Assembly: GCA_046262595.1 (NCBI GenBank) | Contig: JBHEMM010000018.1 | Span: forward strand, 11,316 to 45,710 | DNA from: Vulcanimicrobiaceae bacterium | GTDB lineage: Bacteria; Vulcanimicrobiota; Vulcanimicrobiia; Vulcanimicrobiales; Vulcanimicrobiaceae | Reading direction: 5' to 3' | DNA length: 34,395 bases | Shown here: positions 17,445-26,484 of the stretch, in pieces | Layout of the letters: each line of letters starts with the position of its first letter | How positions within the stretch are numbered: the stretch's first letter is position 1 | Program-made: the position numbers and the translations under genes | Notes under the pieces: generated by a model | Seen by the model: only the letters and a program-made list of their open reading frames with translations | What the model was told of the DNA's origin: nothing | Databases searched by the model: none

Positions 17445-18832
17445 GGCGTGACCGCTTGTCCCAGGACGATCGCAATCTGCGCGACCTCGTCTTCGGCAAT
17501 GGAGAGACGGCGCATCGCCTGTTCGTAAACGGCAATCGTTTCTTCGCTGCGGCTGCTCGCCGCGCGCTCTTCGCGCAAGCGTTTTATCTCCTCCGTTACG
17601 CGCTGCGCCAGATCCGGCGTCAGATCGACGCCCGCCGCCTGCAGCGTGGCCTGCCGTTTGCGCAGCGTGTCCTCGACCAGTGCAATGCCCGAGTGTTTGC
17701 CGAACACCCATTCCATCCGTCCGCCCACTAAATCCGCCGGCACCGCTTCATACATGCGCCGGTCGATGAGCATCGCGTGCGTATGGATGCCGGACTCGTG
17801 CGCGAACACCTTCGTGCCGACGATAGGCTCGTGCTGCTGCATGGGAACACCCGTCATGCGTTCCATAAAGCGCGCGAGTTCGCGCAGCTTTTCGTATTTG
17901 AAACCCGGGATTTCGATGCCGTACAGCACGTTGAGCGCGGTGACGAACTCGTGCAGCTTCACGTTGCCCGCGCGTTCGCCGTACCCGTTGGCCGTCACGG
18001 AAACGACTTGAAAGCCGCACGAAACAGCTGTGATGGCGTTGATGGTTCCCAGGCCGTAGTCGTTGTGAAAATGACACACCATGGGCAGGCCTTCTGGCAT
18101 CGCTTCGACGATGCGCGTGCAGTACCAGCGCGCAGCCTCGGGCGTGAGACAACCGACGGTGTCGGGCCAGGCGGGCCGGTCGCCGCCGGCGGCTATACCT
18201 TCTTTAAAGTAGCGGATGAAGTACTCGACGTCGCCGCGGCTGCCGTCTTCGGCTCCAAACTCTATGCGCGTGACGCCGCGCGAACGCGCGTACCGGATGG
18301 CGTCGTTCTGCAACTTGATGTTCGCGTCGCGGTAAAAGCTGAGCGGCAGATCGAGCCACTCGGCCGGGTCCCGCCCTTCGCGTTTGAGCAGCGTCTTGCC
18401 GATCTTATATTTCAAGTGCAGATCGCTGCCGCTGGTGAAGATAAAAAACGTGACGTCGGCAGGGGAGACGCCGATCTCTTCGAGCGTGCGCACGGTGATA
18501 TCGATGTCGCCGGCCGTGCTGCGGCACATGACGACGATCTCCACCTCGCGCATCTCGCCGCGGCGTTTGCCCTCCATGACCATCTGCAGCGTTTTGCGAT
18601 CGCCGGCCGACGCGGCGGGAAAACCGACGCTCATGATGTGCACGCCGATGTCGGCGAGCCGCTTGGCGATTTCGTACTTCTGTGCAGGCGTAAAGCAGAC
18701 GCCGGGCATTTGTTCGCCGTCGCGCAGCGTTTCATCGTAAATGCGGATCGCGCCGGGCTGCGGAAAGCGCAAAGCGCCGGTGAATTCACGCGGGTCGCGG
18801 ATCAGGTCCTCGATGGGCTCGCGGAACTCCAT
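17441..18832 (-). CDS. DRE-TIM acyl-CoA:2-oxoacid synthase (homocitrate/isopropylmalate/citramalate synthase family), specificity unknown
   Basis: YDETLRDGEQ, GAED, PDTVG, HFHNDYG, NGYGERAGN, FAHESGIH, GKHSG. No LeuA allosteric domain recognisable. Confidence 0.85.
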   Translation of the reverse strand: MEFREPIEDLIRDPREFTGALRFPQPGAIRIYDETLRDGEQMPGVCFTPAQKYEIAKRLADIGVHIMSVGFPAASAGDRKTLQMVMEGKRRGEMREVEIVVMCRSTAGDIDITVRTLEEIGVSPADVTFFIFTSGSDLHLKYKIGKTLLKREGRDPAEWLDLPLSFYRDANIKLQNDAIRYARSRGVTRIEFGAEDGSRGDVEYFIRYFKEGIAAGGDRPAWPDTVGCLTPEAARWYCTRIVEAMPEGLPMVCHFHNDYGLGTINAITAVSCGFQVVSVTANGYGERAGNVKLHEFVTALNVLYGIEIPGFKYEKLRELARFMERMTGVPMQQHEPIVGTKVFAHESGIHTHAMLIDRRMYEAVPADLVGGRMEWVFGKHSGIALVEDTLRKRQATLQAAGVDLTPDLAQRVTEEIKRLREERAASSRSEETIAVYEQAMRRLSIAEDEVAQIAIVLGQAVTP

Positions 18833-18835
18833 AGC

Positions 18836-20167
18836 TTACTTTAACACATTCTGCTCGCGGGGAACGAGGCCAGCGTCCGCCGCGGCGCTCGACTGCGCGC
18901 GTTCGCTGTACACGCGCAGTTCCGAGATATCGCGCGGAAACACGAGCTCCAGCGTCCAGTCGAACGCCACGCGCAGCTTGCGGTCCAGCCCGGGCAGGCG
19001 CGAAAGGTAGTACGAGCGCCACAAAAACCATGCGAGAAAACCGGTGAGCACGCGATCGCCGGGCAGCTGTGCGACCGCTTTGCGCGATCCGAGCGATGCC
19101 ATCATGCCGAGCGACGTGTACCGGAACGGCACCGTCGTTTTCCCGCGCAGCGCGGCGGCGATGTTGCGCCCGAGCACCGGTCCCTCGCGTATTGCGTGCT
19201 GCGCGGTCGGCGGATACGAGCCGCCGCGAGGATCGGGAATTGCCGCGCAATCGCCAATCGCCCACACGCCGTCGTGTCCGGCAACACGCATGTCGGATTG
19301 CACGGGAATCGTGCCGTTTTTGCCCGTTGCGATCGCTTCCAATCCGGCGAGCGTGCGCGGCTTGACGCCGGCGCTCCAGACAATCGTGCGCGTTTCGATC
19401 CGCTCGCCGCTTTGCAGCTCCAGCCCGTCGTCGTCGGCAAGCCGCACGCCGTCGCCGGTGATGACCCGCACGCCGCGCCGGGCGAGATTGCGCTGGGAAT
19501 ACGCGCCCATCCGCGCGGGCAATCCGGAAAGCAGCGTTTTTCCGCCCTCGATGAGGGTGACGCGCACGTCGGCCGGCCGTACGCGCGGATAGAAATGGTT
19601 CACGCTGCGGAACAGCTCGATCATTTCGCCGGCCGCCTCGACGCCGGTAAAACCGCCCCCGACCACCGCAATGCTCAAAAGACGCGCGCGTTCGGCGTCG
19701 CTTTGCGCGGTATCCGCAAGCTCGAGCAGCCACATGAACCGGTTGCGTAACGTGCCGGCGTCTTCCAGTGTCTTCAGCGCAAACACCCGCTCGGCAACGC
19801 CCGGAAGGCCGAACGTCGAAGTGCCGGCACCCAGCGCATTAACGAGATGGTCGTAGGCAATGGATTCATGCGCGCCGGTGAGCGTGTGCGTATAGTTCAC
19901 CGTGCGTTCGGCAAGGTCGACCGCTTCGACATCGGCCAAAATAAAGCGCGAGCGCCGCAGTTGCGCGCGAATCGGCGTCACGATATGGCGCACGTCCAGC
20001 GCGCCGGAGCTGACCTCCGGAAGCATCGGCGTAAACAGGGAAAAGTTCTCACGGCTGATCAGGACGATCTCGGCATCGCGTTCGTTCAGCAGACGCTCCA
20101 AACGCCGTGCGGTCGCAATGCCCGCGAACCCGCCGCCCAAAATAACGATTCGTTTCCTCACGTGCAT
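18836..20167 (-). CDS. ndh: Type II NADH dehydrogenase-family FAD oxidoreductase
   Basis: IVILGGGFAG, FTPMLPEV, YDHLVNALGA, VVGGGFTGVEAAGE, IVWSAGV, WAIGDCA, PPTAQHA, LAWFLWR. Confidence 0.88.
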   Translation of the reverse strand: MHVRKRIVILGGGFAGIATARRLERLLNERDAEIVLISRENFSLFTPMLPEVSSGALDVRHIVTPIRAQLRRSRFILADVEAVDLAERTVNYTHTLTGAHESIAYDHLVNALGAGTSTFGLPGVAERVFALKTLEDAGTLRNRFMWLLELADTAQSDAERARLLSIAVVGGGFTGVEAAGEMIELFRSVNHFYPRVRPADVRVTLIEGGKTLLSGLPARMGAYSQRNLARRGVRVITGDGVRLADDDGLELQSGERIETRTIVWSAGVKPRTLAGLEAIATGKNGTIPVQSDMRVAGHDGVWAIGDCAAIPDPRGGSYPPTAQHAIREGPVLGRNIAAALRGKTTVPFRYTSLGMMASLGSRKAVAQLPGDRVLTGFLAWFLWRSYYLSRLPGLDRKLRVAFDWTLELVFPRDISELRVYSERAQSSAAADAGLVPREQNVLK

Positions 20168-20203
20168 CAGGGCTTCTGCGCTCCGCGCGCGAACTACTAC
20201 CCC

Positions 20204-21088
20204 ATGCCGCAGACCCCGAGTTGGGCCGAGCGCCCCGAAGACAAGCAATATGACGTCGTCCCGGGCGACGGACCGCCGCAATCCGGCGCAGTTTCGGCTG
20301 CGAATCGCGCGAAGGGCTTCGGCGCGGTCCTTCTTGCAATCGGGGCCGCATTCGCGAAATTCAAATTGTTGCTCGTTTTCTTGCTCAACTTGAAATTCGC
20401 CGTCGTCGCGCTCAAAGTATTTTGGTTTGCGGGTTCGTTTCTGGCGTCGGTGTGGTTTTATGCGCTGTTTTGGGGCCTGAAGTTTGCGCTCGGCTTCGTT
20501 TTGCTGATCGGCATTCACGAGTTCGGCCATTGGTTCGTGATGAAGTTTTACGGCGTACCCGCGAGCCTGCCGTTTTTCATCCCGGGCATGGGAGCGCTCG
20601 TGAACATGCGAGGGACGCCGCCATCGGCGTATCACGAATCGTTGATCGCGTTTGCCGGGCCCGCGACCGGCGCGTTCGCTTCAAGCTTATGCGCATGGAT
20701 CGGCTTCAGCGCGCACGATCCGTTCTGGATCGCGCTTGCCTACACGGGTTTGTTTCTCAATCTTTTCAACTTGGCGCCGGTGATGCCGCTCGACGGCGGA
20801 CGCATCGTCGGTTCGATCTCACCGCGCATTTGGATCGCCGGCTTAGTGCTTTTCGTCGCGGCGATGATAGCGTTCCACCTGTGGAATCCGCTCATCATCG
20901 TGCTGATCGTGCTCAGCTTGCCGCAAGTGATCCGCGCCTGGAAAGGCACGCTGGATGCAGGCTACTACGGCATCAGCGTTGCTCAGCGCATCACCGTCAC
21001 CGCGCTTTATTTCGGCCTTGCGGCGGTGCTTTTCGGCGGCATGCTCTACACGCACGTTCCGGTCGCACGGCACGTCATCGCTCAATGA
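20204..21088 (+). CDS. Site-2 protease family (M50) intramembrane zinc metalloprotease
   Basis: IHEFGH, FIPGMGA, IAFAGP, LNLFNLAPVMPLDGG; multiple TM helices. Confidence 0.9.
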   Translation: MPQTPSWAERPEDKQYDVVPGDGPPQSGAVSAANRAKGFGAVLLAIGAAFAKFKLLLVFLLNLKFAVVALKVFWFAGSFLASVWFYALFWGLKFALGFVLLIGIHEFGHWFVMKFYGVPASLPFFIPGMGALVNMRGTPPSAYHESLIAFAGPATGAFASSLCAWIGFSAHDPFWIALAYTGLFLNLFNLAPVMPLDGGRIVGSISPRIWIAGLVLFVAAMIAFHLWNPLIIVLIVLSLPQVIRAWKGTLDAGYYGISVAQRITVTALYFGLAAVLFGGMLYTHVPVARHVIAQ

Positions 21089-21594
21089 GCCGCGGCGAAC
21101 CGCCTGCGGATTTCGCGATGCTGCGCGCCGCGGAGGTGTTAGCACATTTGCACCGGCTGCAGCGCGGGAAGGCCGTCGCGGTGCAGAGGCTTGCCGCTCC
21201 CGCGGTGCTGCGCAGTCCCCGCATTGCGTTTGCGGTCGGCTTGACGCTGCGCGCGCACGTCGAGCGCGAATTAGGCGTTGCCTTCAGCTATCCGGCGCGC
21301 GGCTGGCATACGTATGCGAGCAACGAATCGGGACGCCGCTGCTTCTTGAGCGCATTTTACAAGGACGCGACGCTGATCGGCGTCGAGCTGTACGTTCCGG
21401 CCGTCGCGCGCGCGCCCGCGTTGGCGGCGCTCGAACTGGGCGGCTTCACGCTCGAGCCGGTGGGCGCGCGCATCGGCATGGACGCAAGCGCGGCGCTTGA
21501 GGCCACATTTCCGGGCGGTGCTGTGTACGTGAAGGCGGCCCGGGGATCGATCGAGCGGATCGCGGTGTACGCGGACCGCTCGTCGCTCGTGTGA
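21085..21594 (+). CDS. Hypothetical protein (169 aa)
   Basis: ATGA and GTGA overlaps with both neighbours support translation; no family recognised. Confidence 0.6.
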   Translation: MSRGEPPADFAMLRAAEVLAHLHRLQRGKAVAVQRLAAPAVLRSPRIAFAVGLTLRAHVERELGVAFSYPARGWHTYASNESGRRCFLSAFYKDATLIGVELYVPAVARAPALAALELGGFTLEPVGARIGMDASAALEATFPGGAVYVKAARGSIERIAVYADRSSLV

Positions 21595-23138
21595 GAGGCG
21601 CTCTGGTCACGATAGCCGTTGCGGCCTGCCTTGCAGCGGTAATCTTCTTCCGGCCGCATGCCACGCCCGGGCCGCCGATGCGCGATTTTGAAGCGTATTA
21701 TGCCGCCGGAAGCGCGGCAAACGCGCACGCCGATCCGTACGGCACGCAGATCTGGCATTTCGAACGCCCCCTCGACCCGCAGGGCGCCTCGCGCTATGCG
21801 CTGCTCCCGTTTGTGAGTCCGCCTTCCACCTTGCTGCTGTTTCGCGCGCTTGGGCTGCTGCCGTATGCCGTTGCGCTGTGGACCTGGCGTCTGACGCTGT
21901 TCGCGTGCGCGGCGGTGGTCGTCTTCGCCGGGTTCACGCTCTGCGCCGTGCGCCGGCGCCCGTTAAACGTGTTCGCCGGCGCGTGCGTTGCCTTGGGCTT
22001 CGGTCCGCTCACGAGCGCTCTCGCGCTCGGGCAGCTCGCGCTGCCGGCGTACGCGGCGGCGGCTGCGGCCGTTCTCGCGCCGCCGGCGGCGCTGTTCGCC
22101 TGGCTGCAGCCCAACGTCGCCCTCACGCTGTTCTCGCGCTTGGACCGGCGCGTGCTGGCCTGGACGCTTGCCGGTGCGCTTGTTGCGGTCGTCCCGGCAA
22201 ACGCGCCGTACGTTGCAACGCTCGCGCAGCACTCGCTCGCCGAACGCTTTTCGGCAATCCAATTCACCCCGGAGGCCGTCGCGTACGGTTTCGGCGTTTC
22301 GCAAAACACGGCAAGCGGCATCGGGATCGCGGTGGCGGTTGCGGCGCTCGCGTTTTGGATCCTCTGCATGCGTCGCCTGGAAACGCCGGTGCGCCGTTTC
22401 TGCGCAAGCTGCGCGCTTCTGCCGCTCGGCATGCCCTTCTTTCACGAGCACGACTTGATCGTCGCGTTTGTGCCGGCGCTGTATCTGCTCTTGCGCATCA
22501 GCTGCCGGTTTTGGCCGCTGGCGGTGCTTGGGGCGATGCTGTGCGCGATCGATTGGCTCGGTTTGGCGCAGCGCCCGGACGGCGCGGTCCAAACCGTCCT
22601 CCTGGCGCTCGGGTTCTTCTGCGCCGCCGCGGCGCTGCGCCGGCGGCTGCCCCTGCGATCGCTCTTGTGGAGCGCACCGGCGCCCGCTTTATTCCTAGCG
22701 GCGGCAACATTTGCCGCGCACGCGCACGCGCTGCCTGTATGGCCCGACGGCATGCACCTGCACGCGCACGTCTTCGGTTCGGCCGCGCAAGCCTGGCACG
22801 CCGAGCAGGCCGCGACCGGCTTGTTCTCCAGGGACGCCGCATGGAGCGCGCTGCGCGCGGCGCCGCTGCTGGGATGCGCACTGCTCAGCGCGATGCTGTT
22901 GTGGAAGTTAGATGTCGACGTTCATCATGTCGTCGAACGGCGCGACGCCGCCGGGACGGTAACCCTTGAGGTCGGCGTTGAAGAAAAAGATGTCCTCGCG
23001 CCCGTTTGCCACGATCATCGGCACGTCTTTGTTGATTTCTTCAAACAAAATCGCGTCGTCCGCATTGCGCTGCGCCTGATCGTAATGCGCGTACAACGCG
23101 TGCATCGCCTGATCGGCGCGGCGATTGCACCAGTGTAG
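21591..23138 (+). CDS. GT87/DUF2029-family (GT-C) polytopic glycosyltransferase
   Basis: RDFEAYYAAG after TM1, PFVSPP, LALGQ, FFHEHD, many TM helices. The last ~75 codons run antisense into the next gene. Confidence 0.7.
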   Translation: MRGALVTIAVAACLAAVIFFRPHATPGPPMRDFEAYYAAGSAANAHADPYGTQIWHFERPLDPQGASRYALLPFVSPPSTLLLFRALGLLPYAVALWTWRLTLFACAAVVVFAGFTLCAVRRRPLNVFAGACVALGFGPLTSALALGQLALPAYAAAAAAVLAPPAALFAWLQPNVALTLFSRLDRRVLAWTLAGALVAVVPANAPYVATLAQHSLAERFSAIQFTPEAVAYGFGVSQNTASGIGIAVAVAALAFWILCMRRLETPVRRFCASCALLPLGMPFFHEHDLIVAFVPALYLLLRISCRFWPLAVLGAMLCAIDWLGLAQRPDGAVQTVLLALGFFCAAAALRRRLPLRSLLWSAPAPALFLAAATFAAHAHALPVWPDGMHLHAHVFGSAAQAWHAEQAATGLFSRDAAWSALRAAPLLGCALLSAMLLWKLDVDVHHVVERRDAAGTVTLEVGVEEKDVLAPVCHDHRHVFVDFFKQNRVVRIALRLIVMRVQRVHRLIGAAIAPV

Positions 23139-24593
23139 GATGTTCTGGCCCGCGGGCGGCACTTGATCGCAGGCAAACAGGTTGGATTCATCGCCTGTGG
23201 CGCCCAAGCCCCAGGCGAAGAACGCCACGTCCCAATTGCCGCGGTAGAGCGGCCCGTTATCCTGGTAGGAAGCGAATAAAAGATTCGCGGCGTAGCGCTT
23301 CACCGTCAGATCGACGCCAATCTGCTTCCACCACGCGCGCAGCAGTTCGATGATTTGGTCGCCTGTCGGATTACCCGTATTGGTCACGAACTCGAGCGAA
23401 AGTTTCACACCGCCCTTCGCACGGATGCCGTCCGGGCCTTTCTGCCAGCCCGCGCTCTGGAGGAGCGCATTCGCTTTGGCCATATCGAACGGCGTAAGCG
23501 CAATCTTCGGATCCCAATAGGGCGCCGTATTGGGAGCCGGCTCGTCCTGCAGAATGCCCACGCCGTGTCCGACTTTTTGAATGAGCGTCGCGCGATCGGC
23601 TGCGTATTTGAGCGCCAGGCGCACTGCCGGATCGCGCAGCGCCGGACGCCTCACGTTAAAACTGATGTGGTTGAAAAGATACCCCGGCTGACGGATGAAG
23701 GCGAAGCCCCGCATACCCTGCATCTTGCTGACGAAAAAACTGCCCGGCGTCGGGTACCAGAGATCGAGCTGCTTGGCTTGCAGTTCGGTCAGCGTCGTGT
23801 TGAGGTCGGGTATGACTTCATAATCGACCTCGTGCAGCTTCGGCATTCCACGGAAATACAGCGGGTTCGCCACCATCACGACACGCTGCGAACGCTCCCA
23901 CTTCTGATATTTGAACGGACCGATGCCCACGGGCAGCGCATTGTACGGCGCGTTGTTGATGTTGGGAAGCGCGCCCAAAATGTGCTTGGGCAGCAAGCAC
24001 GGGTTGGCGCCCGCGCTGGAAAAAAACGTTTCCACGAACGGCGAATACGGTTTCTTGAGATGCAGCACGACGGTAAATTTGTCGGGCTCCTCAATGCTGG
24101 CGATGCGATCCCAGCCGCTGCGGCTCACGACGTTATTCTGCGGGTTGAGCACCGCCCGGAAGCTGAATACCACATCGTCGGCATCGAATGCCGCGCCGTC
24201 GGACCAGCGCACGCCGCGGCGGATGTGATACGTGATCGTCAACCCGTCCTTGCTCACGCCGCCGTTGGCTTGCGTGGGCACCTGCGTCGCGAGTTCGGGC
24301 GTCGCGTTGTTGCTGTGATCCCACTTGATGAGCCACGCCATCGTCATCTCGGAAAGGCGCAGCAGCACGCCCTGCGTATTGAGCACCGGATTGAGCGTCG
24401 TGATGTCTTCCGAGCTGGTGAAACGCAGCACGTGCGGCTTGGTCCAGGTGTTCACGCGCGCCGAAGCCGCGGGCGCTTCCTTCGATTCGTCAACGAGCGC
24501 GGTCCCCGAACCCGCTTGGCCTCCCTTGCTGCACGCGCACAGCAGCGCTGCAAAAGCCACCGCGCCAACGCGAACGCACCGCCGGCGGTTCAT
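22908..24593 (-). CDS. Peptide ABC transporter substrate-binding lipoprotein (family 5), copy 2
   Basis: Lipobox LCAC; PELA, TITYHIRRGVRWSDG..FDADDVVF, PVGIGPFK, ANPLYF, LRDPAVRLAL. Confidence 0.9.
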   Translation of the reverse strand: MNRRRCVRVGAVAFAALLCACSKGGQAGSGTALVDESKEAPAASARVNTWTKPHVLRFTSSEDITTLNPVLNTQGVLLRLSEMTMAWLIKWDHSNNATPELATQVPTQANGGVSKDGLTITYHIRRGVRWSDGAAFDADDVVFSFRAVLNPQNNVVSRSGWDRIASIEEPDKFTVVLHLKKPYSPFVETFFSSAGANPCLLPKHILGALPNINNAPYNALPVGIGPFKYQKWERSQRVVMVANPLYFRGMPKLHEVDYEVIPDLNTTLTELQAKQLDLWYPTPGSFFVSKMQGMRGFAFIRQPGYLFNHISFNVRRPALRDPAVRLALKYAADRATLIQKVGHGVGILQDEPAPNTAPYWDPKIALTPFDMAKANALLQSAGWQKGPDGIRAKGGVKLSLEFVTNTGNPTGDQIIELLRAWWKQIGVDLTVKRYAANLLFASYQDNGPLYRGNWDVAFFAWGLGATGDESNLFACDQVPPAGQNILHWCNRRADQAMHALYAHYDQAQRNADDAILFEEINKDVPMIVANGREDIFFFNADLKGYRPGGVAPFDDMMNVDI

Positions 24594-24595
24594 CG

Positions 24596-26314
24596 CTAAA
24601 TGTCCACGTTCATGAAGTTGTCGAACGGCGAAAGCGCGCCGGGACTGAAGTTTTTCAGATCTTTATTGAACACCCAAACAGCCTCCGTCCCCATGATGAC
24701 CATGGTTGGGACGTCCTTGCTGAGCTCTTCCATGACGATTGCCGTATCGGCGTTGCGCTGCTGCTGATCGTAATGCGTGTAGAGGGCGAGCATTGCATTC
24801 TCTGCGCGGCGGTTGCACCAGTGTAAACTGTTTTGCCCGTTCGGCGGGATCTGCGCGCACGAATAGATCGGCGAGAGATCGCCGATGGCATCGAGCCCCC
24901 AGGCAAAATACGCGACATCGAACTTGCCGCGGTACAGGATGCCGCCGTCCTGATATTGCGCGAAAATCAGATTATTGGAGTAGTGGCTCACGTTGATGCT
25001 CACGCCCGCTTGTTTCCAAGTGGAGCGCACGAGCTCGATCAATTGATCGTTGATGGCAATGCCGGCGGTGCTCACGAAGTTCAGATCCAGCTTCACCCCG
25101 TTCTTCGCGCGCACGCCGTCCGCACCGCGCTTCCAACCGGCCGCGTCCAGCAGCGCGTTCGCTTTGGCGATATCGAAGGGAACCATTGGGATGTTGGGAT
25201 CCCAGTAGGGCGCCACACGCGGGGCCGGCTCTTCCTGCAGAAGGCCCACGCCATGATACAGCTTCGTAAGGATCGTCTGCCGGTCGGTCGCATACCGCAG
25301 CGCGCTGCGCACCGCCGGATCTTTCAGTTTCGGCGAGGTCAGGTTGAAGTCCAGGTGGCGGAAGTAGTAGCTGGGCTGCGCCCACGTAACGAACGAGGTC
25401 ATCGAGCGGAACTGATCGATCATGCTCGGCGGCGCCTGATACGAGAGGTCCAAGGCCTTCGCCTGCAGTTGCGTCATCGTCGTGTTCGTGTTCGTGATAA
25501 TTTCGTAGTCGATCTCTTTGAGCTTCGGCATGCCGCGGAAGTAGTACGGGTTTGCGACCATGACCACGCGCGATCCGCGGTTCCATTCCTTGACCATGAA
25601 CGGTCCGATGCCGACGGGTTTCGCGTTATACGGCGCGTTGTTGATATTGGGCAGATTGCCCAATATATGCTTGGGCATCAAGTTCGGATTCGCGCCGGCG
25701 GTCGAGAAAAACGTTTCGAGAAACGGCGAGTACGGCTTGCTCAAGTGCAGAATGACCGTGAATTTGTCGGGCTCGTCAATCTTGGCGATGCGGTCCCAGC
25801 CGGTGCGCGTTGTGACGTTGTTCGCTGGATTGATAATCGCTTTTATGCTGAAAATCACATCGTCCGCGTCGAAAGGCGCGCCGTCGGACCATTTCACGCC
25901 CTTGCGGATGTGATACGTGATCGTCAGCCCGTCTTTGCTCACGCCGCCGTTATGCTGGGTGGGAATGACCGTCACGAGCTCCGGTATCGGATTGCCCTGT
26001 TTATCCCAGCGCACCAGATAGGCCATCGTGAGGGGGTCGATGATGAGCGAAACCGGCGTGTCCGTCGTAAGCGTGCCGTTGAGATTTTGAACGTCTTCGG
26101 TTACCGTCAGCCGCAGCACGTGCGGCTGGGTCCAGGGATTCGTCTCCGCCGCGGCGGTGTTCACGGGCGGGTCCGTCGGCATGCCGCCGTTTTCCCCGGC
26201 CGGCGCCTGCGGCGCGTTTACGCCCGGTGCCGTGCTGCTTTGCGTGGCCGACTGCTTGGTGCATCCGGCGAGGAGGAACGCGGCGGCCAGCGCGGCCAGG
26301 AGTTGCTTGCTCAT
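24596..26314 (-). CDS. Peptide ABC transporter substrate-binding lipoprotein (family 5), copy 1
   Basis: Lipobox LAGC; TITYHIRKGVKWSDG..FDADDVIF, PVGIGPFM, ANPYYF, LKDPAVRSAL. Confidence 0.9.
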   Translation of the reverse strand: MSKQLLAALAAAFLLAGCTKQSATQSSTAPGVNAPQAPAGENGGMPTDPPVNTAAAETNPWTQPHVLRLTVTEDVQNLNGTLTTDTPVSLIIDPLTMAYLVRWDKQGNPIPELVTVIPTQHNGGVSKDGLTITYHIRKGVKWSDGAPFDADDVIFSIKAIINPANNVTTRTGWDRIAKIDEPDKFTVILHLSKPYSPFLETFFSTAGANPNLMPKHILGNLPNINNAPYNAKPVGIGPFMVKEWNRGSRVVMVANPYYFRGMPKLKEIDYEIITNTNTTMTQLQAKALDLSYQAPPSMIDQFRSMTSFVTWAQPSYYFRHLDFNLTSPKLKDPAVRSALRYATDRQTILTKLYHGVGLLQEEPAPRVAPYWDPNIPMVPFDIAKANALLDAAGWKRGADGVRAKNGVKLDLNFVSTAGIAINDQLIELVRSTWKQAGVSINVSHYSNNLIFAQYQDGGILYRGKFDVAYFAWGLDAIGDLSPIYSCAQIPPNGQNSLHWCNRRAENAMLALYTHYDQQQRNADTAIVMEELSKDVPTMVIMGTEAVWVFNKDLKNFSPGALSPFDNFMNVDI

Positions 26315-26484
26315 TCCGCGGCTCTTTGTCCTTGTTCAGGAGGGGTCCTACGTTGGCGCGCTTTGCGATGGCCGTATAGCTGCGCCGGGCCTCGCGCGCC
26401 TTTTTGCATCCTGCAACGGACGCGCTGCGGGCGCTGAAAAGAGCCGCACGCGAGCGGCGCCCAGAGAGAATAGAGCCAGCCAGA

